Origin: Acidimicrobiia bacterium
GTDB taxonomy: Bacteria; Actinomycetota; Acidimicrobiia; Spongiisociales; Spongiisociaceae
Direction: 5' to 3'
Length of the DNA: 64,000 bases
Assembly: GCA_041576165.1 (NCBI GenBank)
Contig: JBFGLM010000007.1
Location: forward strand, 61,992 to 125,991
Position 1 is the stretch's first letter. Each line of letters opens with the position of its first letter. The notes under the pieces are model-generated. The model searched no databases. It worked only from the letters and a program-made list of their open reading frames with translations, and had not been told where the DNA came from. The position numbers were made by a program, and so were the translations under genes. Positions 28,701 to 37,662 of this stretch are shown in pieces.

Positions 28701-29156
28701 ATGCTGGCGCTGGCGTGCCAGGTGCCTGGTCAGCTCGTCCGGGTCGGCATCGGCCACCAGGTGCCCGACCAAAGCGCGCATGCGGCGACGGGCGAGCGGC
28801 ACCACCACTTTGGGCAGACGCGTCGCCAGGGCGGCGCCGACCTTCAGCAGCAGGCGGTCGACGGACGAGAGGAAGGTTGGCAGCGGATAGTCGGCTACGA
28901 GCGTCGCGAGCTGGTGGGCGGCGGCCCGGTCGTCTTCGGGTCGAGTGACCCGATCGACGAACCGCATGGTGAAAGCCACCGATTCAGGGTCCTGAATCAG
29001 CTCGGACAGGCGCTGGGCCAGCACGCGCTCGTCGCGCCCGGTGGCCGCCTTCGACCGTTCCAGCCAGCGCTGGACGAACTCGACTGCGCCGTCAGCGAGG
29101 CCGCCCCCGTCGTTGGCGGATTCGGTGCGCGTCGCGGCCGGCGGGTTATCCACCAT
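25758..29156 (-). CDS. putA: Bifunctional proline dehydrogenase / P5C dehydrogenase
   Basis: NLDMEEY, RLVKGAN, FEMLQGM, RRLEEN (PRODH); PPWNFP, AETSGKN, GQKCSA, ECFGP (ALDH); start 29156 chosen to avoid overlap with the regulator. Confidence 0.95.
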   Translation of the reverse strand: MVDNPPAATRTESANDGGGLADGAVEFVQRWLERSKAATGRDERVLAQRLSELIQDPESVAFTMRFVDRVTRPEDDRAAAHQLATLVADYPLPTFLSSVDRLLLKVGAALATRLPKVVVPLARRRMRALVGHLVADADPDELTRHLARQRQHGLAMNVNLLGETILGEAEAQRRFDRTLALVARPDVDYVSVKISSIASQLDLWAYDATLARIEDRLGRLYDAAAAAEPRTFVNLDMEEYRDLDLTLDAFMHQLDLRPALDAGIVLQAYLPDSFPALQRLVAWANQRHARGGGWIKIRLVKGANLAMERVEAEIHGWEQAPYLTKVETDANYKRCIDWVLVSDRLSGVRIGIGSHNLFDIAWTHLLAGRRDVADRVEFEMLQGMAPSQADVVHTDTGTMLLYTPVVADTDFDVAIAYLFRRLEENASKDNFLHSLFSLAPGSAAFREQEQIFRQSLDMRGAVSAGPRRTQNRGQPPVRRPIDAPFSNEPDTDPVLAPNQEWIREVAGRRPAPVAEPLTTTRSAIDGRVATAVEGAKTWAQLPPAERRAILLDVAHELAVRRGDLIAAMMHEGSKTFSQADPEVSEAIDFARYYADRALDTAPDDGSVFTPLGVVAVVPPWNFPVAIPAGGVLASLAAGNAVVFKPAPETPRCAELVAEACWAGGVPAEALQFVRTPDDDVGRHLITHASVDGVILTGSWETARLFKTWKPDIRLFAETSGKNAIIVTPHADIDLAAADLVKSAFGHSGQKCSAASLAILVGDLYSSDRFRRQVIDATESMALGYTDQLETVMGPVIRPPEGPLHRALTATDVRWLLRPRQLDDAGRLWSPGILDDVRPGSWFHQTECFGPVLGLMHARDLDHAIELQNASAYGLTGGIHSLDPHEVDRWIDRVEVGNTYVNRHITGAIVRRQPFGGWKRSVVGPGAKAGGANYVIQLGTWTSTGPPRHGIEPRQPVREVIGRFKGLADEDLTWLRAAAASDGYWWDRQFGRIRDESGLTVEANQFRYLPRPCVVIRIGDDAGLRDVLRSVVAVVAAGVPVDVSAHRGWPDLAAMGIGVTVESGVGLVERMPQWSRIRMVGTPESDLRQAANQAEIDLIDAPVVANSRHEMRWYLREQAISRTLHRFGNLVGV

Positions 29157-29208
29157 GGGCCCATAGTGACAAATCCGGCAGGTTCCGTCTTGTACGATCC
29201 GGCCATCG

Positions 29209-29937
29209 ATGACGAGCGAATCGACCAACTGGCCGGCTTCGTATCCGCCCGAGCTGCTCGAGCTGTTCGACGTCCTTGTCAAAGTGATCTTCTGCGTGAA
29301 AGACCTCGAACATCGTTATAGGGAAGTAAATCTCGCCTTCGTGCGGCGCACCGGGCGCAGATCAAAACGCGACGTCATGGGCCGCACGGCCCACGACTTT
29401 TTCCCGACGGCCCTGGCGGAACGGTACGAGGAGCAAGACAACCAGGTTTTCGCCAGCGGCGAAGCATTGCGCGACGAGCTCGAACTGATCCGCCGCCCCA
29501 ACGGTGAACTGGGCTGGTATTCGACGACCAAGCTCCCGGCGGCAGGTCCCGGCGGCTCACCGCTCGGTCTCGTCAGCGTCAGCCGAGATCTGGAGACCCC
29601 GAGTGACGAGGGGATTGCGGTCGAATCGCTCACCCATGTCGTCGACTACGTCCACCGCCACCTGGATGAACAGATCCGAGTGGCGGCCCTGGCAGAGGCC
29701 GCGGGATGTTCCGAGTCACAGCTCGAGCGTCGCATGCGCAAGATCTTCGGGACCAGCGCCACGCAGTATGTCCTACGGGCTCGAGTCGAAGAGGCGGCTC
29801 GCCGTCTTACGACCACCGACGAAAGCCTGGCCGACGTCGCTCTCGCCAGCGGCTTCTACGATCAGTCCAGTTTCACCCGCACGTTTGCCCGGCTGACGGG
29901 TGAAACACCTGCCCAGTTCCGCGCCTCCCACTCGTGA
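29209..29937 (+). CDS. PAS-domain AraC-family transcriptional regulator
   Basis: N-terminal PAS (FCVKD..VNLAF..GRTAHDFF); C-terminal AraC HTH (SGFYDQSSFTRTF..GETP); divergent from putA. Confidence 0.92.
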   Translation: MTSESTNWPASYPPELLELFDVLVKVIFCVKDLEHRYREVNLAFVRRTGRRSKRDVMGRTAHDFFPTALAERYEEQDNQVFASGEALRDELELIRRPNGELGWYSTTKLPAAGPGGSPLGLVSVSRDLETPSDEGIAVESLTHVVDYVHRHLDEQIRVAALAEAAGCSESQLERRMRKIFGTSATQYVLRARVEEAARRLTTTDESLADVALASGFYDQSSFTRTFARLTGETPAQFRASHS

Positions 29938-29980
29938 TCAGCCGGGCTGCGCGTGCCCCGCGTCTCGGTCGCACCACGCC

Positions 29981-31090
29981 TCACCAGCTGGCGTAGATGT
30001 AGCCGTCGCCCAGCGTTCCTCGTTGGCCGGCTCCCTGCCACTGCACCGTGTCGTCGCCGTCGACGTAGATCAAGAAGCGGCCGGTCGAGTCGTACGTTCC
30101 CAGAGTGGAGCCGGTCTCGACCGGGAATGTCGTCGCCATGGCGCCGTCCGGGCCGAACACCACCCCAACGGTCTGTAGCACCTCGTACCCGCCGTCGACG
30201 TCGAGCGTGGAGAGAAACGCCACCAGGTTGCCGGATTCTTGCGACGCTACCCCGTCGACCGACTGGTCGGGCCGCACCCAGGTCAAGGGGATCGTATCGG
30301 CTGCCGGTTCACCCGCACCGACGTCCACCGAGTGGAGCACGAACCCGTCGTCACCGGCATCGCCGATCCAATAGACCCTATCGCCCGCAGGGCTCCAGGC
30401 CGGGCTGCCCCACGCCCACGTCCCGAGGTTGTCCGCAAGGTCGAACAACTCGAGCGTGTGACTCGTGGGATCGTCGCCGGCCACCACCACGAGGTCGTAA
30501 CCGAGGACGGCGAACCGGTCGCCCCCGGGAGCGCGGCCCACGCTCCATCCGAACGAGGTCGGGACGGAAGGCGGATATTCGCCGGTCACAACGTCGCCGG
30601 GCCCTAGATAGTGGATCAGCCCGGCGGCCGGCTCACAGCACTCCACGGCAACAACGGTCTCCCCGTCTGCCGAACGGACCACGCTGTCGATGGTGTTGAA
30701 GGTTGCTGCGATGTCGTCGTCAGCCGCCTCGATCTCCTCGCTCGACGCGGCTTGGCCCAGCTGCCGGACGACCTCTCCGGTCTTGGTGGAAACCTCCACC
30801 GCTGCGAAGTCAGTGGTGACTGCGACAAACGTATCGGGGATCTGAGCCGCTCCGGCCGTGTCGGTTGTGGACGTCGGCGACTCGACGGTCGTGGTCGTGG
30901 TTTCGGTCCCGGCGGCCAAGGTGGTTGAGGTGACCGCGTCTGCCGTATTGGCGTCCATCGCTTCTTCGGTGGTTACTGTCGCTGCTGCGGTCGTTACGAG
31001 CGGAATGGTCTCCGGTGCACTGTCCGTTGTGGGAGCGTCTCCTCCGCATGCCGCAATGAGCAGAGCGACAAGAGCAATTCGAGCCTGCAT
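29981..31090 (-). CDS. Lipoprotein with Thr-rich linker and beta-propeller-like domain
   Basis: MQARIALVALLIAAC lipobox after GGAGG; ECCEPAAG, SPAWSPAG. Confidence 0.75.
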   Translation of the reverse strand: MQARIALVALLIAACGGDAPTTDSAPETIPLVTTAAATVTTEEAMDANTADAVTSTTLAAGTETTTTTVESPTSTTDTAGAAQIPDTFVAVTTDFAAVEVSTKTGEVVRQLGQAASSEEIEAADDDIAATFNTIDSVVRSADGETVVAVECCEPAAGLIHYLGPGDVVTGEYPPSVPTSFGWSVGRAPGGDRFAVLGYDLVVVAGDDPTSHTLELFDLADNLGTWAWGSPAWSPAGDRVYWIGDAGDDGFVLHSVDVGAGEPAADTIPLTWVRPDQSVDGVASQESGNLVAFLSTLDVDGGYEVLQTVGVVFGPDGAMATTFPVETGSTLGTYDSTGRFLIYVDGDDTVQWQGAGQRGTLGDGYIYASW

Positions 31091-31205
31091 GACCGACCTC
31101 CGATCGGGCGTTCGGGATCGCACGTAGGTCATTCTGACCGACGAGGTCCGATATTGAAGATTCTGACGTCCCTTTGCCGATACGTATGTCAAAGGGGGAT
31201 GTGAA

Positions 31206-31913
31206 TTGGTACGCGTCATGACGGCCAATCTGTGCCGTGGTCGCGCTGACGTCGAGTCGCTGCTGGCCATCCTGGACGAGCATCAGCCGGATGTCGTCGC
31301 AGTGCAGGAACTGGGGCATACTCAGTCGACTGCGCTGGAGCGCAGGTACAGTTTCGGATTGCTCAAGCCGGATGGGCGCGGTGACGGCTCCGGTTTGGCG
31401 TCCTCGATCCCGATGACGGTCGACACGATGGCCCTGCCGGGACGGAGCGGACTGCACGGCGACGCCCGAGCCCCGTGGGGACGGATCAGCATCATGGGCG
31501 TCCATCTCTTGAATCCACTCGATGCCTGGACCTGCCGGGCACCCTTTCGCGGGGCCCAGGTTTCTGCGCTGTGCGATTTGCTCGATGCCGACCCGACACA
31601 GCGGATCCTCCTCGGCGATCTGAACGCCACCGAGGCTTGGCCCGCGTACAAACGGCTGACGCAGCGGCTGGACGACGCAGTCGCAGGGTGGGCCAGCCGT
31701 ACCGGGACCACGCCGCATCGGACATGGGCGCGGCGCTCCGGTCGCGGTCGCCCCTTGCGGAGGGATCATGTGCTCGCTGCTGGACTCGTGGCCGAAGAGG
31801 TACGGACCGTGCCCATCCCGGGTAGCGACCATCAGGGCGTGATCGCAGATCTGGCGCCGGATATCAGTGCGGGGCGGGCTCCCGCAGCGTCGCCCCCACC
31901 GCGAGTTCCATGA
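31206..31913 (+). CDS. Endonuclease/exonuclease/phosphatase family protein
   Basis: RVMTANL, DVVAVQE, LGDLN, RDHVL, GSDH. Confidence 0.88.
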   Translation: MVRVMTANLCRGRADVESLLAILDEHQPDVVAVQELGHTQSTALERRYSFGLLKPDGRGDGSGLASSIPMTVDTMALPGRSGLHGDARAPWGRISIMGVHLLNPLDAWTCRAPFRGAQVSALCDLLDADPTQRILLGDLNATEAWPAYKRLTQRLDDAVAGWASRTGTTPHRTWARRSGRGRPLRRDHVLAAGLVAEEVRTVPIPGSDHQGVIADLAPDISAGRAPAASPPPRVP

Positions 31914-32883
31914 TCAGATCGATGGCAAGGGCCATCAAGACGGCAAAGAAGATCGCGCCACTCCATATTTCGATCGCCAATCCCAGACCCTGCTCGGTCT
32001 GGCCGATTATGGCGAAATAGACGATCCACATGATGCCGGCGGGAACAGCTGCCTGCAGCCGGCGGTGGGCATTGGCTTGGATCAAGATGTCGAAGACGAG
32101 GCCACCCGCAACCACGGCCGGGATCCCGATCAAATCCTCATCGAACCCGATTCCGATGAACAGCGCGATCACGGTCCACGCGATCGTTGCCGTGCCGAAC
32201 GGCAGTCGCCAGCGCCGGCTCGCGACCAGCAGCGGAGCGAACATCAGGAACGTAGAGACGATGACACCGATCACGGCGAACGCCGCGATCAACTCGAGGT
32301 TGCCATCGTCCGGTGAGTAGGGGACCCGCATCGGCCACGTGGTCACGGGGGCCCAGAGGTACTCGAAGAAGAACGCAACCAGCGTCACCGAGAAGGTCAA
32401 CGAGGCCAGCGTGGGCGCGAAGTCGCGCATGGTGGGAGCCTGCTCGTCATCGGTCCAAGCCGCCCGGAACGGGGCGGATACGATCAGCAGTAGGCCCAGG
32501 AACAGCAAGAGATGGGTAGGACTCAACAGGGCGTCGAGGCTGGTTTCGACCCCGAGCACAGAGTGCCAGATCGCGTCACCGATGCCGCCAAGCCCAAACA
32601 ACCCAATCCCGATGATGGCGAGGCGATACCCGATGGGCGCCCAGTCGAGAACGGTGCCGCGGGGTCGGCGCCTCCGGAGCGCCATGAGCATGAGCCAGAT
32701 GGCCGTGGCCGTGAACCCGGAATAGAACAGGGCGTGCCATGGTGTCCAGAACGATTCCAGCGACGAGTCGGTCGAATGGAAGTAGGCATCGACCAACAAT
32801 CCGACCAGCGTCCACAGCGCGAAACCCATCGTCGCCGAATCTTCCCACCGGGTGGATCGGTCTCGAGTGAGATCAAGGGCCAC
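31864..32883 (-). CDS. Polytopic membrane protein with two DxxxH..(T/S)PxH motifs
   Basis: About 10 TM segments; DAYFH..WTPWH and DAIWH..LSPTH; leaderless TATGTT-N6-GTG start inferred. Confidence 0.75.
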   Translation of the reverse strand: MALDLTRDRSTRWEDSATMGFALWTLVGLLVDAYFHSTDSSLESFWTPWHALFYSGFTATAIWLMLMALRRRRPRGTVLDWAPIGYRLAIIGIGLFGLGGIGDAIWHSVLGVETSLDALLSPTHLLLFLGLLLIVSAPFRAAWTDDEQAPTMRDFAPTLASLTFSVTLVAFFFEYLWAPVTTWPMRVPYSPDDGNLELIAAFAVIGVIVSTFLMFAPLLVASRRWRLPFGTATIAWTVIALFIGIGFDEDLIGIPAVVAGGLVFDILIQANAHRRLQAAVPAGIMWIVYFAIIGQTEQGLGLAIEIWSGAIFFAVLMALAIDLIMELAVGATLREPAPH

Positions 32884-32965
32884 GAGCTCAACATACACGG
32901 AACCCCCCGCCTGCGGTATCAGGGACAACCCCGGGGAACAAACTGCATCCTCCCCCAGCTTCGAT

Positions 32966-33150
32966 TCCTTCCCCAGCGGGGGAGGGTGAGTGAGGCGACA
33001 AGGGAGCCGCAGCCGGAGGGGGAGCGCGGCCCGGCGCTGCGCAGGCAGACTCGCCCCAGGGCGTTCCTCCTCGAGAGAGCGGAGGGCGTTTGACCGTGGC
33101 GCCCGGCAAGACAACGCCCCCCTCTGCTCCTTCGGGGCACCTCCCTTCCG
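32966..33150. repeat. REP/MITE-like palindromic intergenic element
   Basis: CCTTCCCCAGCGGGGGAGG hairpin..CCGGAGGGGG on the left; CCCCCCTCTGCTCCTTCGGGGCACCTCCC on the right; single copy in the window. Confidence 0.4.
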
Positions 33151-33190
33151 GTTGAGCAAACCGCGAGCCCGGCGTTGCGGACGGCGGCGC

Positions 33191-34504
33191 TCAGCTCAGT
33201 GGGTCGCGGTCGTCCACCTGTTCGAACACCCGCTGCGCTTTGCCGACCTCCTGGCGCGGGAGGCCGCCCGGTTCGGTCAGCTCCAAGGTGGCTCGAATGC
33301 GGATCCGTTCCATCAGGGTCCGGTCCAGCCGGGCGGACACTTCGTCCCGCCGGTGGGCGGCGTGCGGTAGCAACTCGGTTCGGACTCGGAGTTCGGGCAT
33401 CGACTGGCGGCGGTCCACGATGATCGCGTACTGGCCGGCCACGTCGGGGTCATCCAGCAACACCGCCTCGATCTCACGCGGGAACACATTGATGCCGCGA
33501 ATGATCAGCATGTCGTCGGCCCGGCCCGTCAGCCGGGCGATGCGAGTGAAGGTGCGCCCGTCCGATCCCGGTTCGGGGATGATGCGGGTGATGTCTTTGG
33601 TCCGGTAACGGATCACCGGCTGAGCCTCTTTGGTGAGCGTGGTGATCACCAGCTCACCGAACTCCCCCTCCGGCACCGCTTCGCCGGTATCGGGGTCGAC
33701 GATCTCGGGATAGAAGTGGTCGTCGTAGATATAGAGCGCTCCCAGCGCCCCGGGTGATTCCTGCGCCACGCCGGGTCCAATCACCTCCGATAGGCCGTAG
33801 ATGTCAACTGCGTGGAATCCTTCGCCCCACACCGCTTCGATCTTCTGCCGCATACCTTCCGACCACGGCTCGGCACCCAGAATGCCGATGCGCACGGACA
33901 GCCGGTCATGCATGTCCCGCTCGGTCGCCCGCTCCCCAAGCAACATCGCAAATGAAGGGGTGGCACACAGGGCACCGGCCCCCAAATCCTCCAGCAGCTG
34001 CAGCTGAAACCCGGTGTTGCCACCAGACGCGGGCACCACGGTCGCTCCCAGCAGCTCGCCACCGAAGTGCAGGCCCAGCCCACCTGTGAAGAGGCCGTAG
34101 CCGTACGCGTTGTGCAACACGTCGCCGGGAATGACCCCGGCGATGGCGAGCGAGCGGGCGTTGACCTCAGCGAAGATCTCAACATCACGGCGGGTATAGC
34201 CGACCACCGTGGGCTTGCCGCTGGTTCCGGAGCTGGCGTGGACCCGGACGACATCGTCGATGGGAACCGTGAGCATTCCGTACGGATAGGTGTCGCGAAG
34301 CTCGTGCTTCTCAGTGAAGGGAAGTGTCTCGACGTCGCGGATCGACTTGATCGCATCGGGGTCGACAGATGCCAGCTTCTCCTGCCAGTAGGGCGTCTCG
34401 ACAGACCGCAAGTTTTCGATCAGCTCGCGCAGGCGCGACGACTGCAGACGCTCCTTTTCGGCGGGAACCATCGTTTCGATCTCCGGCTGGAACATGAATG
34501 CCAT
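33191..34504 (-). CDS. paaK: Phenylacetate-CoA ligase
   Basis: RVHASSGTSGKPT, YGYGLFTGGLG, DIYGLSEVIGPG, YRTKD, GRADDMLIIRGINVFP. Confidence 0.93.
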   Translation of the reverse strand: MAFMFQPEIETMVPAEKERLQSSRLRELIENLRSVETPYWQEKLASVDPDAIKSIRDVETLPFTEKHELRDTYPYGMLTVPIDDVVRVHASSGTSGKPTVVGYTRRDVEIFAEVNARSLAIAGVIPGDVLHNAYGYGLFTGGLGLHFGGELLGATVVPASGGNTGFQLQLLEDLGAGALCATPSFAMLLGERATERDMHDRLSVRIGILGAEPWSEGMRQKIEAVWGEGFHAVDIYGLSEVIGPGVAQESPGALGALYIYDDHFYPEIVDPDTGEAVPEGEFGELVITTLTKEAQPVIRYRTKDITRIIPEPGSDGRTFTRIARLTGRADDMLIIRGINVFPREIEAVLLDDPDVAGQYAIIVDRRQSMPELRVRTELLPHAAHRRDEVSARLDRTLMERIRIRATLELTEPGGLPRQEVGKAQRVFEQVDDRDPLS

Positions 34505-34570
34505 GGCCGGGAGTCTGCCACGTGGCTTGTACGTGGCGTCTGAGAGAGTTCCCGTGCCTACCCTCGCAAC

Positions 34571-35725
34571 ATGGCGGACCCGACGGGTGCACAGGCGGTG
34601 ACGCTTCACGAACTGGAGATGGTTCCGCATGCCGTGTTTGCCCGGCTTCGGGGGCGCGAGCCGGTGGCGTGGCTCCCCGTGCTCCACGGCTGGCTGGTCA
34701 CGGCCTACGACCTCGCGGTCCGAATTCTCCGGGATCCGGACACCTTCACAGTGGATCACCCGGGCTTCACCACCGCCCGGGTGGTTGGCCCATCGATGCT
34801 CTCGCTGGACGGTCCCGAACATCGCAGACATCGGAGGCCTTTCAGCGAGGGTCTCCGAGATGCGGGGATGCGGGCACATCTCGCGACGTTTGTTCAGGAG
34901 CGGGCGCGGTCCCGGGTGCTGGCCTTGCGGTCATCCGGCCGGGCCGATCTGCGTAGCGAGCTGGCCGGGCCGTTCGCAGTGGACGTTGCCGCCGAGTTGC
35001 TGGGGATGATGGACGTCGATCCGGAGGAGCTCCTGCGGCTGTACCACGACATCGTGGGCGCAGTCACAGAGCTTTCGGCGGGCGAACCCATGCCCGAGTC
35101 GGGTCCAGCGGCCGTCGCTCGCTTGCGTCACCTGATCGCCCGGTCGGCCGCTGGACAACGAATCCTGGCGGAAGCAGCGAAGTCGCTCACGACGGACGAG
35201 GTTGCGTCGAATGCGGCAGTGATGCTGTTCGGCGGGATCGAGACCAGCGAGGGCATGACCGCCACGGCCCTCTGGTACATGCTCGAACGTCCAGACCGTG
35301 CTCGAGCACTGCAGGTCGACCGCGCCCTCACATTGCCGCTCATCGAGGAGTCGCTGCGGCTCGAGCCCGCCGCCTCCCGGGTGGACCGCTACGCTACCCG
35401 CACCGTCGAGCTCGGCGGATCCGAGATTGCACGGGACGAGCTCGTGATCGTCTCGCTGGCGGCCGCCAACCGGGATCCGGCCGTCTTCGCACACCCGGAC
35501 CGTTTCGATCTGGGCCGCCCCGAGCTGGGTCGCCATCTGACCTTCGCTCAGGGTCCGCACGCTTGCATCGGCCAGCAGCTGGCCCGGATGGAGACGGTCG
35601 CGATCCTCGAGGCGGTGCTCGACGGGCTGCCCCGAATCCACCTTGACCGCGAACACGCCCGGGGCCCGCAGGGCCTGGTATTTCGCAAGCCGGTGTCGGT
35701 GATGGCGGTGTGGTCGCAAGTCTGA
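34571..35725 (+). CDS. Cytochrome P450
   Basis: I-helix GGIETS, EESLR (ExxR), AANRDP, heme motif FAQGPHACIG. Confidence 0.93.
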   Translation: MADPTGAQAVTLHELEMVPHAVFARLRGREPVAWLPVLHGWLVTAYDLAVRILRDPDTFTVDHPGFTTARVVGPSMLSLDGPEHRRHRRPFSEGLRDAGMRAHLATFVQERARSRVLALRSSGRADLRSELAGPFAVDVAAELLGMMDVDPEELLRLYHDIVGAVTELSAGEPMPESGPAAVARLRHLIARSAAGQRILAEAAKSLTTDEVASNAAVMLFGGIETSEGMTATALWYMLERPDRARALQVDRALTLPLIEESLRLEPAASRVDRYATRTVELGGSEIARDELVIVSLAAANRDPAVFAHPDRFDLGRPELGRHLTFAQGPHACIGQQLARMETVAILEAVLDGLPRIHLDREHARGPQGLVFRKPVSVMAVWSQV

Positions 35726-35770
35726 AATCGATGGATTCGGTGCGACACCGACAGGCCTAATCTGCGCGCG

Positions 35771-36907
35771 GTGCTGGGGCCAACCCGTCTGTACTATTCA
35801 ATCCGCGCGCACGATGACACCGGCCTGCTGGTGGCGTCGGCCGCCTCTGCCATCCTGTTCGCCGGGACCCCATTTGTGCTCTCCGAAGTAGCAGCCGACT
35901 ACGGGGTGCCGCTGGGACGAGCTGGGCTGGTGTCGACCATGCAGGTCGGCGGCTTCGCCCTATCGGCTTTCGTGGCCGGCCGCCGGTTCCGGACCAATCG
36001 CACGTACTTCATCTGGTCGTCGCTGGCGGCCGCACTGCTGGGCGGCCTGAGCACGCTCGCCCCTACCTTCGAGTTGTTTCTCGCCAGCCGCTTCGGCGTC
36101 GGCATCGCAGTGGGCCTGCTGACGTGGCTGGCGTGGGCGCGGGCCATGCAGTCGGCCTCATCGATGCGCATGGTGGCCGCCATCGGACCTTTCACTGCGG
36201 CGCTGGCATCTCCGGCACTCTCGTGGCTGTCGGAACGGACCGGAGCAGACGCGGTGTACCTGCTGATCGCGGCGGCGTTCCTCCCCGCGCTGTTTCTGCC
36301 GGCCAGATTCTCGGGCTACCGGCCCGATCGCCGGAAGAAGAGCCCTTCCCGATCGAACATTGTCTTGATCGTCTCCCTCGCCCTGCTGTCCTTGACGGGA
36401 AGCTCACTGTTCGTGTACTCGGCCGTGATCGGCGAGAACGTTGTCGGCCTCGATCCTGTGATTGTGTCCTTGGCGTTCAGCGCCAACGCGCTCGCTGGGT
36501 TCGTGGCGGCCCGCCGCGCCGCCGACGCGTCCCCACCACGCGTGTGGCTGTACGCAATCGCCCCGGCCGCTGCCGCGGTTGCGTTCGGCGGCAATGGCTG
36601 GCTGTTCTGTATCGGAATCACCGTGTGGGGCTTCTTCTGGTGGATGGCGGTGCCCAAGATCCTGCGTTCCATCGCCGCTTGGTCGCTGGCACCCGAAGAA
36701 CGAGTGGGTGACGCCCAGTCGGCGATGGCCCTCGGCCGGACGCTGGGCCCTGCCCTGGCCGGACTGCTGATAGGGACCGGCACAACCTTCACGTGGCTCG
36801 GGCTGATGACCGTTGCCGGAACGGTCGTTACTGCCGCGACGGTCCACGGGGTCGCCGTATACCGCCGCAGCCACCTTCCACCGGTGCCGGAGCTTGTCGC
36901 CCGGTAG
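35771..36907 (+). CDS. MFS transporter
   Basis: About 12 hydrophobic helices with MFS-like loop spacing. Confidence 0.8.
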   Translation: MLGPTRLYYSIRAHDDTGLLVASAASAILFAGTPFVLSEVAADYGVPLGRAGLVSTMQVGGFALSAFVAGRRFRTNRTYFIWSSLAAALLGGLSTLAPTFELFLASRFGVGIAVGLLTWLAWARAMQSASSMRMVAAIGPFTAALASPALSWLSERTGADAVYLLIAAAFLPALFLPARFSGYRPDRRKKSPSRSNIVLIVSLALLSLTGSSLFVYSAVIGENVVGLDPVIVSLAFSANALAGFVAARRAADASPPRVWLYAIAPAAAAVAFGGNGWLFCIGITVWGFFWWMAVPKILRSIAAWSLAPEERVGDAQSAMALGRTLGPALAGLLIGTGTTFTWLGLMTVAGTVVTAATVHGVAVYRRSHLPPVPELVAR

Positions 36908-36932
36908 GGTGCTCGGTCAGGAGGGAGTTCAG

Positions 36933-37541
36933 ATGAGCTGGATGTTCGACAACGGGACCATTCTCATGCGTTCAGCATTGTTGGGTGAGTACGAGAACAA
37001 CGTGTACGTGGTGGCATGCGCCCAAACGGGCCGTGGCGTGATCATCGACGCCGCCGCCGAACCAGAGCAGATTCTGGAGCTGGCCGATGGGGTCGACGTC
37101 ACGTCGATCCTGACCACTCACGGCCACTTCGACCACCTCCAGGCGGTCGATGCCGTCTCCGCTGCGCTGGACGTACCCTTTCGGCTCCACCCTCTGGATG
37201 AGCAGATCGCAGGTCGGACAACGCCGGCGCCACTGGCCGATGGCGACGTGGTCGAAATCGGCGAAACGAGCCTGCTAGTGGTCCACACCCCTGGTCACAC
37301 ACCGGGGTCGGTGTGTTTCATGAGCCCGGGCGTGTTGTTTACCGGGGATACCCTGTTTCCCGGCGGGCCCGGAGCCACCCGGTTCGAGTACTCCAGCTTC
37401 GAAACGATCATCGAAAGCATCACGGACCGGCTTTTCATGCTCGACGAGTTCACCGAGGTCTATCCGGGGCACGGGCCGACCATGACCACGATCGGAGCCG
37501 AGAAGCCTGCACTGCCGGAATGGATCGCGCGCGGCTGGTGA
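36933..37541 (+). CDS. MBL-fold metallo-hydrolase (glyoxalase II-like)
   Basis: THGHFDH, HTPGHTPG, FTGDTLF, YPGHG; ATG after GAGGGAG. Confidence 0.92.
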   Translation: MSWMFDNGTILMRSALLGEYENNVYVVACAQTGRGVIIDAAAEPEQILELADGVDVTSILTTHGHFDHLQAVDAVSAALDVPFRLHPLDEQIAGRTTPAPLADGDVVEIGETSLLVVHTPGHTPGSVCFMSPGVLFTGDTLFPGGPGATRFEYSSFETIIESITDRLFMLDEFTEVYPGHGPTMTTIGAEKPALPEWIARGW

Positions 37542-37662
37542 CGGCGCGTACCCGAGGCGGCGCAACCTAGGGCGGCGGCCCCTCGAGTTACGGCGCCAGG
37601 CAGTGCTCTCCATGCGTTCGATTCTCAAGTTGTGCAAGGCCTGTGCCAATCTGGACGTGGCT

